64,000 nucleotides of DNA from Octopus sinensis (GCF_006345805.1 NC_043002.1:33418001-33482000); one strand, 5' to 3'; shown: positions 1-12,358, counted from the stretch's first letter. Notes: generated from the letters alone by a model not told the origin. Translations and numbers: made by a program.

Positions 1-402
1 TTGGGCTCTGGGAAGGTAAAGGCGATCTACGTCTGCCTTTGGGTGGTGCATCCTATTACAACTCAGCAGCTTGCGTATTTTCCTATCTATATTCTTTACT
101 TCACTCATATTCCAGTTCAACACATTGTAGCTATAAGTAACAACTGGAACTGCTAAGGAATTTATAGCTAACACCTTGTTACGTGCATTTAGTTCAGATT
201 TCAGGACTGAACGAACTCTCCTATAACATTCTTTCCTGAACTTCTCTTTCATGCTTGCATGCTGAATACCAGAGCCTTCATTTATCCCTAAATATTTGTA
301 TGTTTGTTCTTGCTCAAGCTCTCTTATGACTGTGTCAACATCTATCACGACTGAATTTGTGGTCTACACTTTCCCTTTCTGGAAAGTGGCCTTGGCACAC
401 TT
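1..402 (-). mobile_element. R4/Dong-like non-LTR retrotransposon fragment (RT C-terminus/thumb), 5'-truncated, runs off window edge
   Basis: Manual minus-strand translation: KCAKATFQKGKV*...TYKYLGINEGSGIQHASMKEKFRKECYRRVRSVLKSELNARNKVLAINSLAVPVVTYSYNVLNW...DRKIRKLL...HHPKADVDRLYLPR. It is homologous to, but diverged from, ORF 3570-3821. The 5' end abuts (TAA)n at 401-420. Confidence 0.85.
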
Positions 403-420
403 ATTATTATTATTATTATT

Positions 421-677
421 CTATGTTTGACTTTTGCTTTATATTTGTACAAGTTGGCTCCAAGTCTCACCCAGAGACCTCAAGAGACAACAGGGTTGGA
501 AGTTCATGTTGTTGTTATGCCTAGTGTGCCATATATTTGGGGGGTGGGGATGTTGTACTAATGAATGTCTAAAAAAAAAAAAAAAGTTTTTTTTTTTTTT
601 TTTTAAACCGAAAATTATGGTTGTTTTAAACCTTGAGGTTACATAGAGAGTATTTTGCGTAGGATATGAGCAGTTCC

Positions 678-680
<3 letters not shown>
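421..680 (-). mobile_element. R4/Dong-like 3'-terminal fragment, subfamily A (end of ORF + 3' UTR)
   Basis: Minus strand reads MGTAHILRKILSM* followed by a 3' UTR closely similar to 2037-2256. Flanked by (TAA)n on both sides. Confidence 0.85.
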
Positions 681-735
<55 letters not shown>

Positions 736-931
736 GTTGTTGTTGTTGCTGTTGTTGTTGTTCTTCTTCTTCTTCTTATTATTATTATTATTATTATATA
801 ATAATTATTATTATTATTATTATTATTATTGTTATTATGTTGTTGTTGTTGTGTTGTTGTTCTTGTTGTTGTTCTTGTTCTTGTTGTTGTTGTTCTTCTT
901 GTTCTTGTTGTTGTTCTTGTTGTTGTTGTTG

Positions 932-996
<65 letters not shown>
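680..996. repeat. compound trinucleotide microsatellite (TTA/TTG/TTC)n
   Basis: Directly visible. Confidence 0.95.
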
Positions 997-999
<3 letters not shown>

Positions 1000-1254
1000 T
1001 AGTTTTATTTTTATAGCGTGCTTTCACTTCACTACCGAGCGCAGCTCTGTGTGCCTTGGGTATGTGCTGAGATTTGTTGCGATGCTCTGATAGTTATTGT
1101 ATGGAAAGTGTTCTGCGTAGGATGTGTGCAGTGCCTAGTAGTGCAATTTTCTGTATGTTATATGTGTTTGTAAGTCCTGGCGTTTTTGTTATGTATTTGT
1201 CTGAATATTTTTTTATCATTCCTAATGCACCTACTATGATAGGAATTGTGTCTA

Positions 1255-1258
<4 letters not shown>
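997..1258 (-). mobile_element. R4/Dong-like 3'-terminal fragment, subfamily B
   Basis: ORF 1094-1468 tail TIPIIVGALGMIKK...IQKIALLGTAHILRRTLSIQ* is the RLE C-terminus, followed by a ~95-nt 3' UTR and a (TAA)n tail. Confidence 0.85.
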
Positions 1259-1306
<48 letters not shown>

Positions 1307-1336
1307 GTTGTTGTTGTTGTTGTTGTTGTTCTTCTT

Positions 1337-1399
<63 letters not shown>

Positions 1400-1714
1400 G
1401 TTATTATTGTTGTTGTTATTGTTGTTGTTCTTGTTGTTGTTCTTGTTGTTGTTGTTGTTCTTGTTCATGTTCTTGTTGATGTTCTTGTTCTTGTTCTTGT
1501 TGTTGTTGTTCTTCTTCTTCTTCTTCTTCTTATTATTATTATTATTATTATTATTGTTATTATTGTTGTTGTTATTGTTGTTGTTATTGTTCTTGTTGTT
1601 CTTGTTGTTGTTGTTGTTCTTGTTCTTGTTGTTGCTGTTGTTCTTGTTGTTGTTCTTGTTGTTGTTCTTGTTCTTGTTGTTGTTGTTCTTCTTCTTCTTC
1701 TTATTATTATTATT
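1259..1714. repeat. compound trinucleotide microsatellite (TTA/TTG/TTC)n
   Basis: Directly visible. Confidence 0.95.
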
Positions 1715-1972
1715 CAGTAGTTTTATTTTTATAGCGTGCTTTCACTTCACTACCGAGCGCAGCTCTGTGTGCCTTGGGTATGTGCTGTGATTTGTTGCGA
1801 TGCTCTGATGGTTATTGTATGGAAAGTGTTCTGCGTAGGATGTGTGCAGTGCCTAGTAGTGCAATTTTCTGTATGTTATATGTGTTTGTAAGTCCTGGTG
1901 TTTTTGTTATGTATTTGTCTGAATATTTTTTTATCATTCCTAATGCACCTACTATGATAGGAATTGTTTCTG

Positions 1973-1978
<6 letters not shown>
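1715..1978 (-). mobile_element. R4/Dong-like 3'-terminal fragment, subfamily B (near-identical to 997-1258)
   Basis: Differs from 997-1258 by only a handful of substitutions and has almost the same 5' truncation point. Confidence 0.85.
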
Positions 1979-2036
<58 letters not shown>

Positions 2037-2039
<3 letters not shown>

Positions 2040-4600
2040 GTTTGACTTTTGCTTTATATTTGTACAAGTTGGCTCCAAGTCTCACCCGGAGACATCAAGA
2101 GACAACAGGCTGGAAGTTCACGTTGTTGTTATGCCTAGTGTGCCATATATTTGGTTGTTTTTTGTGTTGTACTGGTGGATGTCTAAAAAAAAATGTTTGT
2201 TTTAAACCTTGAGATTACATAGAAAGTATTTTGCGTAGGATATGAGCAGTTCCCATGAGCACTATCTTTTGAATTTCTGCCATTTTGGGTTTCCTGGTAT
2301 CTGAGTTAGGTAGCTATCAGCCCCTTTTGCTATCATCCCCAGGGCACCTATGACAACAGGTATTGTTTTAGTCTTCAGGTTCCACATTTTGCTGATTTCT
2401 ATTTCAATATCTTTATATTTGCTCAGTTTTTGGTAGGTCTTGACAGATACGTTTATATCGATTGGGACAGTCATATCAATGAGAAGGCATGTTCTTTGTT
2501 TGAAGTCTTTCAATATGATGTCTGGCCTATTTGCATCTATCTTTCTGTCAGTTTGAATGGTGAAGGTCCAGAGGAGTGAGGTGTGGTCATTTTCAAGCAC
2601 AGGGGGTGGTTTGTGTTCCCACCAGTTTTTTTCATGGGGCAAATCCAGGTTTTTGCAGATTACCCAGTGAATATATTGTGCAGCTCTATCGTGCCTGTTG
2701 AGATACTCTGTAGGCGCTAGAAGACTGCACTTGGAAACCACATGATCAATGGTTTCATTTTGTTGCTGGCATACACGACACATTGGACTGCTGCTGATAT
2801 TTAATATGTTGGCCTGGTAGTTGCTTGTTGGTAGGCATTGATCTTAAGCTGCTATGATAAACCCCTCTGTTTCAGATTTTAAGCCAGAGGCCATTAGCCA
2901 TTGATGGGACAGGGCTTTGACAACATCTGCATTATTCGCTCTCTTTGGGTATTTGCCATAGAGAGGTTTTTCTTGCCATTTATCATTCAGAATATCTAAG
3001 GCCGCAGATTTAGCACGGGTTTTCATGCGCTTAGCTTTTTCTGTGCTTGTTTCTTGTATACTCATTTACTTGTTTCAGTCATTTGACTGCGGCCATGCTG
3101 GAGCACCACCTTTAGTCGAGCAAATCGACCCCGGGACTTATTCTTTGTAAGCCTAGTACTTATTCTATCGGCCTCTTTTTTCCGAATCGCTAAGTGACGG
3201 GGACGTAAACACACCAGCATCGGTTGTCAAGCGATGGTGGGGGGACAAGCACAGACACACAAACACATATATATATACATATATACGACAGGCTTCTTTC
3301 AGTTTCCGTCTACCAAATCCATTCACATGGTATTGGTCGACCCGAGGCTATAGCAGAAGACACTTGCCCAAGATGCCACGCAGTGGGACTGAACCCGGAA
3401 ACATGTGGTTGGTAAGCAAGCTACTTACCACACAACCACTCCTATGTCTATCTCTAATTCCGAAATTTGTTGTATTCGGAATTCACTTAGGTATTCCTTT
3501 GCCTGTTTTGTTACTGAGTTTGATGCTTTCTTGTTTTCATGTTTTGAGACAAGTTTTAACATCCAGTCCTCAGAGTTTTTCAGGTAGGTGTCTAAGCCAA
3601 TTATAGCAATCTTCATTGTTATTGCCAGTTGTAAAAGTCCACGGCCTTTTTCTGTCAAGATTACATATTTCAGTAATTGACCAGTTAACGATATTGAAAC
3701 TGTAAGTCACGACTGGTATGGCTAATGCATTGATCGCTTCGATCCTGTTTCTCGCATTCAGCTCTGTCTTGAGTATTGCTCTTACTCTGCGATAACATTC
3801 TCTCCTGATCCTTTCCTTCATCTCTGAATGCCTTATTCCGTCTCTTTCAATTACCCCTAGATACTTGTAGTTCTCCGCTGGGTCTAATTATTTTATGACA
3901 TTCTGCTGGTCAAGGTTAACGTTAGATGTTTCTGTCATTTTTCCTTTGATAAAGGTAGCTTTTGCACACTTATCGAGGCCAAATTGCATTCTGATGTCAT
4001 CACTGAATTGTTTGACAATCGCCAGTAAGCCCTTGAGTTGTTGGTCATTTTTTGCAAAGAGCTTTAAATCATCCATGTAAATGAGATGATTTATGTTTTT
4101 ATCAAACATTTTATATCCGTACTGCGCGTCATTGAGCAGTTTTGAGAGAGGTATTAAGGCTAAACAGAAGAGAAGTTTGATAGTGAGTCACCCTGGAAAA
4201 TGCCACATGAAATTTTTACATCACCATCATTTAGAGATTCATTGTCGCTGTTCAAAGTTAGTGTGGTTCTCCATGATCTCATACTTACAGACAAAAAGTT
4301 TCACAGAGTAGGTGCTATCTTATAGATTTCTAGGCATTTCTTAATCCAGCTATGTGGTAGGCTATCAAAAGCCTTTTTATAGTCTATCCAGGCTATTGAT
4401 AAGTTTTTGTGTCGTTTGTGACAATCTTCTAAGATCATCTTATTGATGAGTAGTTGATCTTTACAACCGTAGGATCCACGTTTACATCCTTTCTGTTCAT
4501 TAGGGAATATGCTGCTGTCTGTCAAAAAACTATAGGTATATTCCGTCAGGACAGATGTTAGTGTTTTATACATAGTTGTTAAGCAGGTTATGGGTCTATA
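2037..4600 (-). mobile_element. R4/Dong-like non-LTR retrotransposon (RT + CCHC + restriction-like endonuclease), subfamily A; 5'-truncated, disrupted, SINE-interrupted
   Basis: ORF pieces include NYRPITCL...AWIDYKKAFDS (4301-4600), LIYMDDLKL...FGLDKCA (3888-4109) and the thumb (3570-3821, 3425-3658). ORF 2262-2783 has CRVC...HVVSKC, RHD, RPD...D.TVP...K..KY, the RLE signature of the R2/R4 superfamily. Stops, frameshifts and an internal deletion near 3650 are present. Confidence 0.92.
3065..3443 (-). mobile_element. tRNA-derived SINE family 1 inserted into the Dong-like LINE
   Basis: Head has A/B-box-like motifs (minus strand GTGGTTGTGTGG...GGTTCAGTCCC), an internal SSR and the 3' tail GGTGCTCCAGCATGGCCGCAGTCAAATGACTGAAACAAGT. 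Multiple copies occur in the window. Confidence 0.9.
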
Positions 4601-4642
4601 GTTATTATTATTATTATTATTATTGTTATTATTATTATTATT

Positions 4643-5116
4643 GAGTGAGAGAGCAGTGCATGCCATCAAAGTGACACTGGGGTAAAATATACGAAGCCCA
4701 ATATACCCATCATGACTACCCGTCTGATAAGGGTACACCGGGCACATGCATCACAACAATATGTGCGCGACATGGTGATCTCATATCAAGATAAACAGCA
4801 CATGACCTTGCAGGTGGGGCCCAGTTAGAATTTTCTTCAGGTTGAGTAGCCCATCCCGCTCAAAAGGTCCCTGAATAAGGGTTGTTTAAGGATGTTGAAA
4901 GAACCACCCATGTTTCCAGAGGTGAACTATTCAAACTCCAAAGAATCCCTCTCAACACATGGCTATGATGCTCCCCCACTACTTCTGCTCGTGATCAGAG
5001 ATGCACATATCGTCAGCCACTAAGGGACATGCTCAACTGGTTAAGGTCAAGCAACTGACAAGCAAATCTGTGGTATTGAGCAGAATATTTGCTGTAGCCC
5101 ATCTTTTATACCAAGA

Positions 5117-5118
<2 letters not shown>
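4643..5118 (-). mobile_element. non-coding (TAA)n-tailed retroposon (family D), 5'-truncated
   Basis: Same sequence and same 3' end (...CTCTCACTC-AATAATAA on minus) as 5618-5810 and 32394-32960. The 5' ends vary. Confidence 0.75.
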
Positions 5119-5174
<56 letters not shown>

Positions 5175-5177
<3 letters not shown>

Positions 5178-5559
5178 TAGTCTTATTTTTATCGCCTGCT
5201 TTCATTGCGTAGCTCTGTGTGCCTTGGGTATGTGCAGTGGTTTGTTGTGGTGCTTACGTAGGATGTCTTGTAGTGCTATTGTCTGTATTTTATATAAATC
5301 CGTAAGTCTTGATGTTTTGGTTATGCGTTTGTCTGAATGCTTTTTAAGCATACCTAATGTACCTATTATTATAGGATTTGTTTCTGTTTTTAGGCTCCGC
5401 ATTCGCGTTACCTCTGTTTCTAAATCTTTGTCTTTTGAGAGTTTCATCGCTTCTTTTAGATATATATTGTCATCTGTTGGTACTGATACATCGGTAAAAC
5501 GGCATTTTTTTCTTCGAGATCTTTGACAACTATATCCGGTCTATTAACCTTGATTTCTC

Positions 5560-5560
<1 letters not shown>
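5175..5560 (-). mobile_element. R4/Dong-like 3' fragment, older subfamily-B copy (RLE domain)
   Basis: Minus translation REIKVNRPDIVVKD...DVSVPTDDN...KLSKDKDLE...PIIIGTLG. The 3' UTR resembles that of 997-1258. Flanked by (TAA)n. Confidence 0.85.
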
Positions 5561-5617
<57 letters not shown>

Positions 5618-5810
5618 GAGTTATAGAGCAGTGCATGCCTTCAAAGTAACACTGGGATAAAATATACGAAGCCCAGTATACCCATCAGAACTAGCCGTCT
5701 GATAAGGGTACACCAGGCACATGCATCAGAACTATGTGCGCGACACGGTGATCTCATACCAAGATAAACACCGCATGACGTTGCAGGTGGGGCACAGTTA
5801 GAATTTTCTT
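5618..5810 (-). mobile_element. family D retroposon, short 5'-truncated copy
   Basis: Homologous to 4643-4838 and abuts (TAA)n at 5561-5617. Confidence 0.75.
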
Positions 5811-5859
5811 CTCTGCACTCACGTGTCATCTCAACACTCACGCGATAATTACAAGGAGG

Positions 5860-8220
5860 TTGAAAATGAAGCATTATGAGTTCGAACTCACGATATTTTC
5901 TCCCGAAGCTTTACCCGCATATGTCAAAGTCCCCTGGCGAGTAACCTCAGGATTTTAACTCATTTTCCAAAGTCAATAACTACCTACGAAAACTGATGGA
6001 AACAAGCTTCATACAGGGGCATCTTATACGAAAGTATTCTTTACGGCTAATCTATAACGCCTGGACTCAATAAATATTTTTTTGATGAGGACGGCTAAGG
6101 AAACCCATATCCACGTACGCATACAGACGTGCGCGCACACACACACACATACACACACACACAATCACGCTCACACACACATACACGCACACGGCGAGGA
6201 ACGACCTAGAAAGGTTGATCTAAAAATTGCCTCTCTCCAAGTTTTTAATAGAAAACCCCATCAAGTAAGGTATCCATGTTGCAGTTGCAACAATCTTTCG
6301 CTGGAACATATAGTAGTCAAACTCTACAAGATAAGGGGAACATCGAAAAGCAAGACCTCCAATTACTCTCATCACTATACTACTACTAAGTTTCACCTTT
6401 GACACCGTTTTACTTACTGTAGCCAGACTAACAGTTAAGGGTCAAGTAGTAAAAACTGGTCGCGGATATATTTTCTTTTAAGTGAGAAGTATGAAAACAA
6501 ATGTCCAAGTGTGTGGTTTGCTGCATAATCGAAGCTGGTGAAGGATCCGCACCTAAACCAAGGCAAGGATCATCTCATAAAAAATATCTTCCAAGGTCCT
6601 TTATCTAGCTATCATTAGTAACACTCAACGAAAGTTGAAGGTGGCAAATCAAGATTCCAGAACACCAAAGTTGTTAGAGAAAATGAAAATCAATCCAATA
6701 TCGAAGACATTTATTAACGTCTTAAGGCGGAATGTTCAAATAAATCCGCAGAATCCGATATGACTGATGACAATCCAAAGTTAATGAAATCCAAATTTAA
6801 ATCGATCAACATCATATGCGTGATATCATTGCTGTGTTATCTATGACCCAGCCAAACAGTACCAACGTCACTGAAAACAGGAGACGAAATTTTCTGACAG
6901 ATAACAAAGCAACTTCGAACTACTTGAGTGAACATTTCCACAGCCTACTGGACAGAACACCTATTTCTACTTATAACTACCATGTTGATTTTCTAATATT
7001 TTCCTAGAAAAAATGGATGTCACCACCGCCGACTAGCAAGGGGCTGAACACTGGCAGCTACTAAAAGTTTGACAACAAGCCCCTGGTCCTGATTTTATTC
7101 CTACAAACAAGGAAGACAATCACTAGAAGTTAATCTCCATTATATGCATTCTATGAATTTCGAAGCGAGAATCTCTCAACATTACAACCATTTGCAAGCA
7201 ATGTGACCATGTGATATGTAGAAATTACGGAAAAATCCCTTCAGTATCATAAGCTGGTAAATTCTTATCTCCAATACTGCTGATCCGATTTAACCAACTT
7301 TTGTAAAGTCACAATGTGGTTTCTTCTCAACCAGGCATGATGGATTTATCTTTTGCTACCAGACGACATCAGGAAAAAAATCAGAGACCGACTCTTTTCA
7401 TCTATGATCTTTTTAGTCTTTGATATAATTTCCAGCCCTGTCTGATGCAAAGAAAAAAAACTGGATGCCCTGACCTTTTCAATGGAAAGATTCAGTCAAA
7501 TCTGTTCCAGTGTCTTACAGCGGTAAACTTTCTCCCGATGTCCAAATCATCGATTGCTTTGTTGAAAATAAACATTGAATTCAAGTTTGGGCGTGCATTT
7601 GAATACAATACGATGGAGAACGTTTATGTCTACTCCGACTTAAATCGACAAACTGTTTATATATGACAACGATGCGCGAGATAATACATACTGATCACAA
7701 AACTCTTCCTTTTTATGTGAATCTGATCTGCAAACCGCTTCCGATGCTTTTCTTCTTACTCATAACAAAGACAATCTTGTCCTTCACCAATCTCTGCAGC
7801 ATCTCGTCTGTAACTGGAGGTTCAGAACAAAATGTGGGTGGTTCAGGTTGTACATTAAACCATGTCGACACTTTGTCCACGTCTGTAATTCTATGATGGA
7901 ATATCATTCTCTATGAGAGATTTCATTAAACAAAACTGCAACCGAATCTGAACATCACTGATGTAGTCAGAGAAACAAAATCCATTAACAAAAATCCAAA
8001 CTATCTTTGGTAAAAAAAAAAAAAAAATCTGATACCAAGGGCGGGTAAAAAGGAGGCCCTAGCACCGTAGTGCTCAACCAGATCCTGTAGTCTTAACATA
8101 CAGAACGTCACTGCCCAACGAATACACCAATGAAATCCGTTTGTGACTCCATTATGAAGACAATGCCCTCTTCCCAGCATAGCAAATAAGTTTTGGAGAA
8201 AAACATGTCGAATCATGTTG
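5860..8220 (+). mobile_element. heavily degraded RTE(BovB-type) LINE
   Basis: Frameshifted remnants in RT order: KAPGPD-like (~7075), AGKILS.ILL-like (~7255), SQCGF (~7310), KTGCPDLF (~7460), REIIHTD (IRELLYADD-like, ~7675) and FTNLCSIS (F.YLGS.IS-like, ~7785). The 5' boundary is uncertain. Confidence 0.55.
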
Positions 8221-8519
8221 CTGTCTGTGAATTACGCTTGACATCAACAAGCTGATGGTGGCGGTGGTGGTGGGAGGGCATAAAAAGTGGTGGGAAAACT
8301 CGACAACGACTTCTGGGTCACGGTACATCTCTGGGGTTTCATTGATGAGTTTGTGACAAACGATTTATCTCGGTCTTTTCGACTAGGCTTTCCGACTGGA
8401 ACATAAACAATATCGATAAAGATAACTAATATCCTCGACGACGAGTATATGCATTAACAATAGAATGGCTGTCACTATAGCAACAACAACAACTGCAGCA
8501 TGCAAAAGCATTAACATGC

Positions 8520-8546
8520 ATCATTACCATCATCATCATCATCATT

Positions 8547-8578
<32 letters not shown>

Positions 8579-8648
8579 TCATCATCATCATCATTATTAT
8601 CATCATCATCATCATTATCATCATCATCATCATCATCATCATAGCATT

Positions 8649-8695
<47 letters not shown>

Positions 8696-9598
8696 TGTAG
8701 TAGTAGTTGTAGTAAGTGTAGTTGTTGTTAATAGTGGTGATGTTGATGGCGGCGCTAGTGGTAGGGATGGTGGTGGTAGTGGTGGTGGTGGTGGTGGTGG
8801 TGGTGGTGGTGGCGGCAGTGGCAGTGGTGGTGGTGGTGGTGGTAGTGGTAGTGGTCGTGGTGGTAGTGGTCGTGGTGGTCGTGGTGGTTGTGAGGTTAGC
8901 AGTAGTACTGCCGAAGTTATTGTTATTGTTGTTGTTTGCTTGCTTTTTTTTGTTTAGCTCCGGATCAATCCCTGGTCAATCAGACGTGTGTCCAGAGATA
9001 ATCCAGCCGTGACCACCTCTGAGTATTTAGGAAGCCGAGCACCGCAGTAACCAATGTTTTCATCGCTGTTGTTGTTTAACGGGCAATAAATATATGGTGC
9101 GATTTTGAGGGCGATTTGGCAGCTATTTCCAACAGTTCGACTAACCGTATAGTGCCCTATATTGGTGCGTTGATGCTGTTATTGTTGTTGTTGTAGCTGT
9201 TGCTGTCGGTGGTGGTGGTGGTGGTGGCGGCGGCGGTGGAGATGTTACTATTACTATTCGTATTGTTCTCCGTTGTTGTTGTTGTTGCTGCTGCTGTTAT
9301 CGCTGTTATTACTTCTATTGTTATTGTTGTTCATATTATTATTGTTCGTCCCCTTGTTGTTGTTGTTGTTGTTGTTACAGCTACTACTGCAGTTATCGGT
9401 GCTGTTTATATTGCTGTTTGTTGTTGACGTTGTCCTTGTTGCATTATTCATATTGTTATTTGTTGCTGCTGCTGCTGCTGCTACTACTACTGCTGCTGCT
9501 ATCACTACTACAGCTGCTCTGCTGCTGCTGCTGCTACTACTACTACTACTACTACTGCCACCACCACCACCACCACCACCACCACTGCTACTACCACC

Positions 9599-9661
<63 letters not shown>

Positions 9662-10377
9662 GCTACTACTACTACTACAGCTTTCGATACCGACAGACAC
9701 ATGTTAGTTGTCAAAAACAGAGTGAAGCGCTCGGAACACTTGTTGTTATTACTGTTGTTGCGATTTAACCCGGCCCCTCCCGGTTCAGACGTAATAAAGC
9801 ATGTCGATGAAATAAAGTCGCTCCAACTGTGGCCATTCCATCTTCCTTTTTTTTTTACTTTTTACATATTTCATCTCAAAACTATGCATTAATTATTTAA
9901 TATGTTCATCATGCACTGTGCACTGAAAGGCGGGTACGGTGCGATGTGAGTGAGACAGGTTTGACTGTTATCTCTAGCATAAGAGCTTACCTTCTCTTGC
10001 TGCTGTAGTTGATATTGCAGCTGATGGTAATCATGGTGAAGATGATGACAGTAATGATGATGATGATGAGGTGGTGGTGGTGGTGGTGGTGGTGGTGGTA
10101 ATGGTGGTAGTAGTTGTAATGACGACGTCGACGGAGTTATTTGCTGTTACAGTTGTTACGAGGCTTCGTTGTCCGTGTTTGCTACTGTTGTTGTTGTTGT
10201 TGGTGGTGCTGGTGGTGGTGCTGCTGCTGGTGGCTGTGTTGCAATTACTGCAGCGATAGCTGCTGCTGCACAAATATGCACCTTTAATTTTTCGCAACTG
10301 TTTATATTAATGTTGCTCGTGTTTTCTCTAACCGTTTCAATTGCAGCTGCTTTTGTTGTTGTTGCTGTTGTTGTTGC

Positions 10378-10414
<37 letters not shown>

Positions 10415-10455
10415 GCTGTTGTTGATGCTGCTGTTGTTGTTGTTGTTGTTGCAGC
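8520..10455. repeat. cluster of compound trinucleotide SSRs (CAT, TAG, GGT, GTT, GCT, CTA) interleaved with an old dispersed repeat
   Basis: Directly visible. It produces the poly-V/L/S/T pseudo-ORFs in the track. Confidence 0.9.
8950..9165 (+). repeat. old dispersed repeat (TCCAGCCGTGACCA...GATTTGGC[T/A]GCTATTTC motifs)
   Basis: Diverged related segments occur at ~9760-9990, 16490-16570, 16975-17140, 18405-18425, 22740-22810, 28165-28200 and inverted at ~45500-45715. Confidence 0.55.
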
Positions 10456-10656
10456 CGCTACAGCTGCGACTGTCACAATCGCGTTTCGTAATATATGAAC
10501 ATAAATTGCATGCATCACAAAAAAGGCGGTGCTCCAACATGGCCGCAGCCAGATGACTGTAACAAGTGAAAGAATAAAAGAATGCAACACACACACACAC
10601 ACACTCATACACACATAAACACAGACTACATATACATACATACATACATACATACA

Positions 10657-10688
<32 letters not shown>

Positions 10689-10864
10689 CACACGCATACA
10701 CACATACATACATAGACACACACATTGCGCATCCAACATATATACCATCTACATGTATGTGTGTATATATATATATATATCAGCATATATGTGCATGTGT
10801 GTACATGTGTAAGATTGTTTGTATATTATATAAAAGCATAGACACATGTATGCTCGTTTAGAAT

Positions 10865-10911
<47 letters not shown>

Positions 10912-11050
10912 CATCCTGTATATGTAGGCATGTGGATATCTATAGATTTGCAGTGTTTGTGTATACATAAATATGCATACATATACACACGTACATACAT
11001 GCATACATACATACATACATACATACATACATACATACATACATACTTAC

Positions 11051-11104
<54 letters not shown>

Positions 11105-11198
11105 TATATACACACATGCACAAATAAACTGTAAAATAGATTAGAAAAATTACAATGACAATACGCAAAAGAGTATGAAAGAATGAAAGAGAGAGAAT

Positions 11199-11242
<44 letters not shown>

Positions 11243-11310
11243 ATGAAAGAACGATATTCAGAACCTGGGAAATGTGACAGCAGTATTATGTATGCGCGTG
11301 CGTATGACGA

Positions 11311-11347
<37 letters not shown>

Positions 11348-11386
11348 TTGATTATGACGACGATGATGATGATGATGCAGAAGTTA

Positions 11387-11426
<40 letters not shown>

Positions 11427-11429
11427 TAA

Positions 11430-12122
11430 ACCGTGAGAGAATAGAGGAAATAGAAAGGGGTCGGCGGGTGTGATGGGAGGAAGGAGGTTGTGGAGGAAAA
11501 AAACGAAAGACGAGGTGTGAAAGAGTAGTTTTTGTCGTAAGGCAGCAGTACACAGGCAAACTGAACGTTTACAGAGTTATTCGCCCTTGCCCGTAAGGCA
11601 CAAGGCAGCAGCAGCAAGCAGCCAGCCGTCTGTCTCTCCGTTAGCTGTCGGTTCCCCCTTGCTGCATGTGCCTCGTCAAGCAAATAGCTGCGGACCTATG
11701 TAGCCGGCGTTCAGTTCCCACTCGCAGCCGCAGCCGTCGCCGCCGACATCCGCTGGAGATTTAGTTTTTATTTCTTCGATTTGTTTTATATTTTTAATAT
11801 AAATTTTTTTTTTATTTGTTTGGCTATTTGCTAACTTCCTCAATGTTTCCAAAGTTATCTGAAAGGTTTTTCAGACCAGCCTTAAGGAGTGATTTAATCC
11901 CATAAAAAGAAATTAAACAGGAAAAAAAAAAAAAAAAAAAAAAAAAACAGCACGAGTCCACAGCAACAAACGGAGATAAATAATCTAACGAAGAAAGGAA
12001 CACAATTACGAGAAAGCACGGGGCCCTTTTTTAAGCAAAGGGTTATCGTTTTCGGCTTATGTATTTTTCAGTGTTTCTAATGATATGCCTTGTTTTCGGA
12101 GTCGACCAGGAATGCCAGGCAG
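11430..12122 (+). promoter_or_regulatory. candidate promoter and first exon of a host gene
   Basis: Non-repetitive, locally GC/CpG-rich island. It has an Inr-like TCAGTT at 11711, then UTR-like A/T runs, ATGs at 12080/12085 and a donor-like CAG|GTAGGA at 12122/12123. There is no transcript evidence. Confidence 0.35.
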
Positions 12123-12358
12123 GTAGGAAGCTGAAACCTTAATTTTCTTTTTATTGTGTTCATTTGAGTCAAAGATTTAGTAGATATGCAAATAAACAAC
12201 TGTCTTTCTATGTATCTGACTATTTATTTATGTAGCTATCTGTCAATCTATGACACTCTCAATTTGCTTATACATACGTGCGTACGTACATACATAATAC
12301 ATACATACGAGCATGCATGCATACATACATACACACATATATTTCGTGTTGACCCTCC

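Noticed and set aside
4301-4747. ORF fusing a short N-terminus and poly-Asn to an RT domain
   Set aside because: This is accidental read-through from the family D 3' end across (AAT)n into a truncated LINE, and the RT frame is disrupted downstream.
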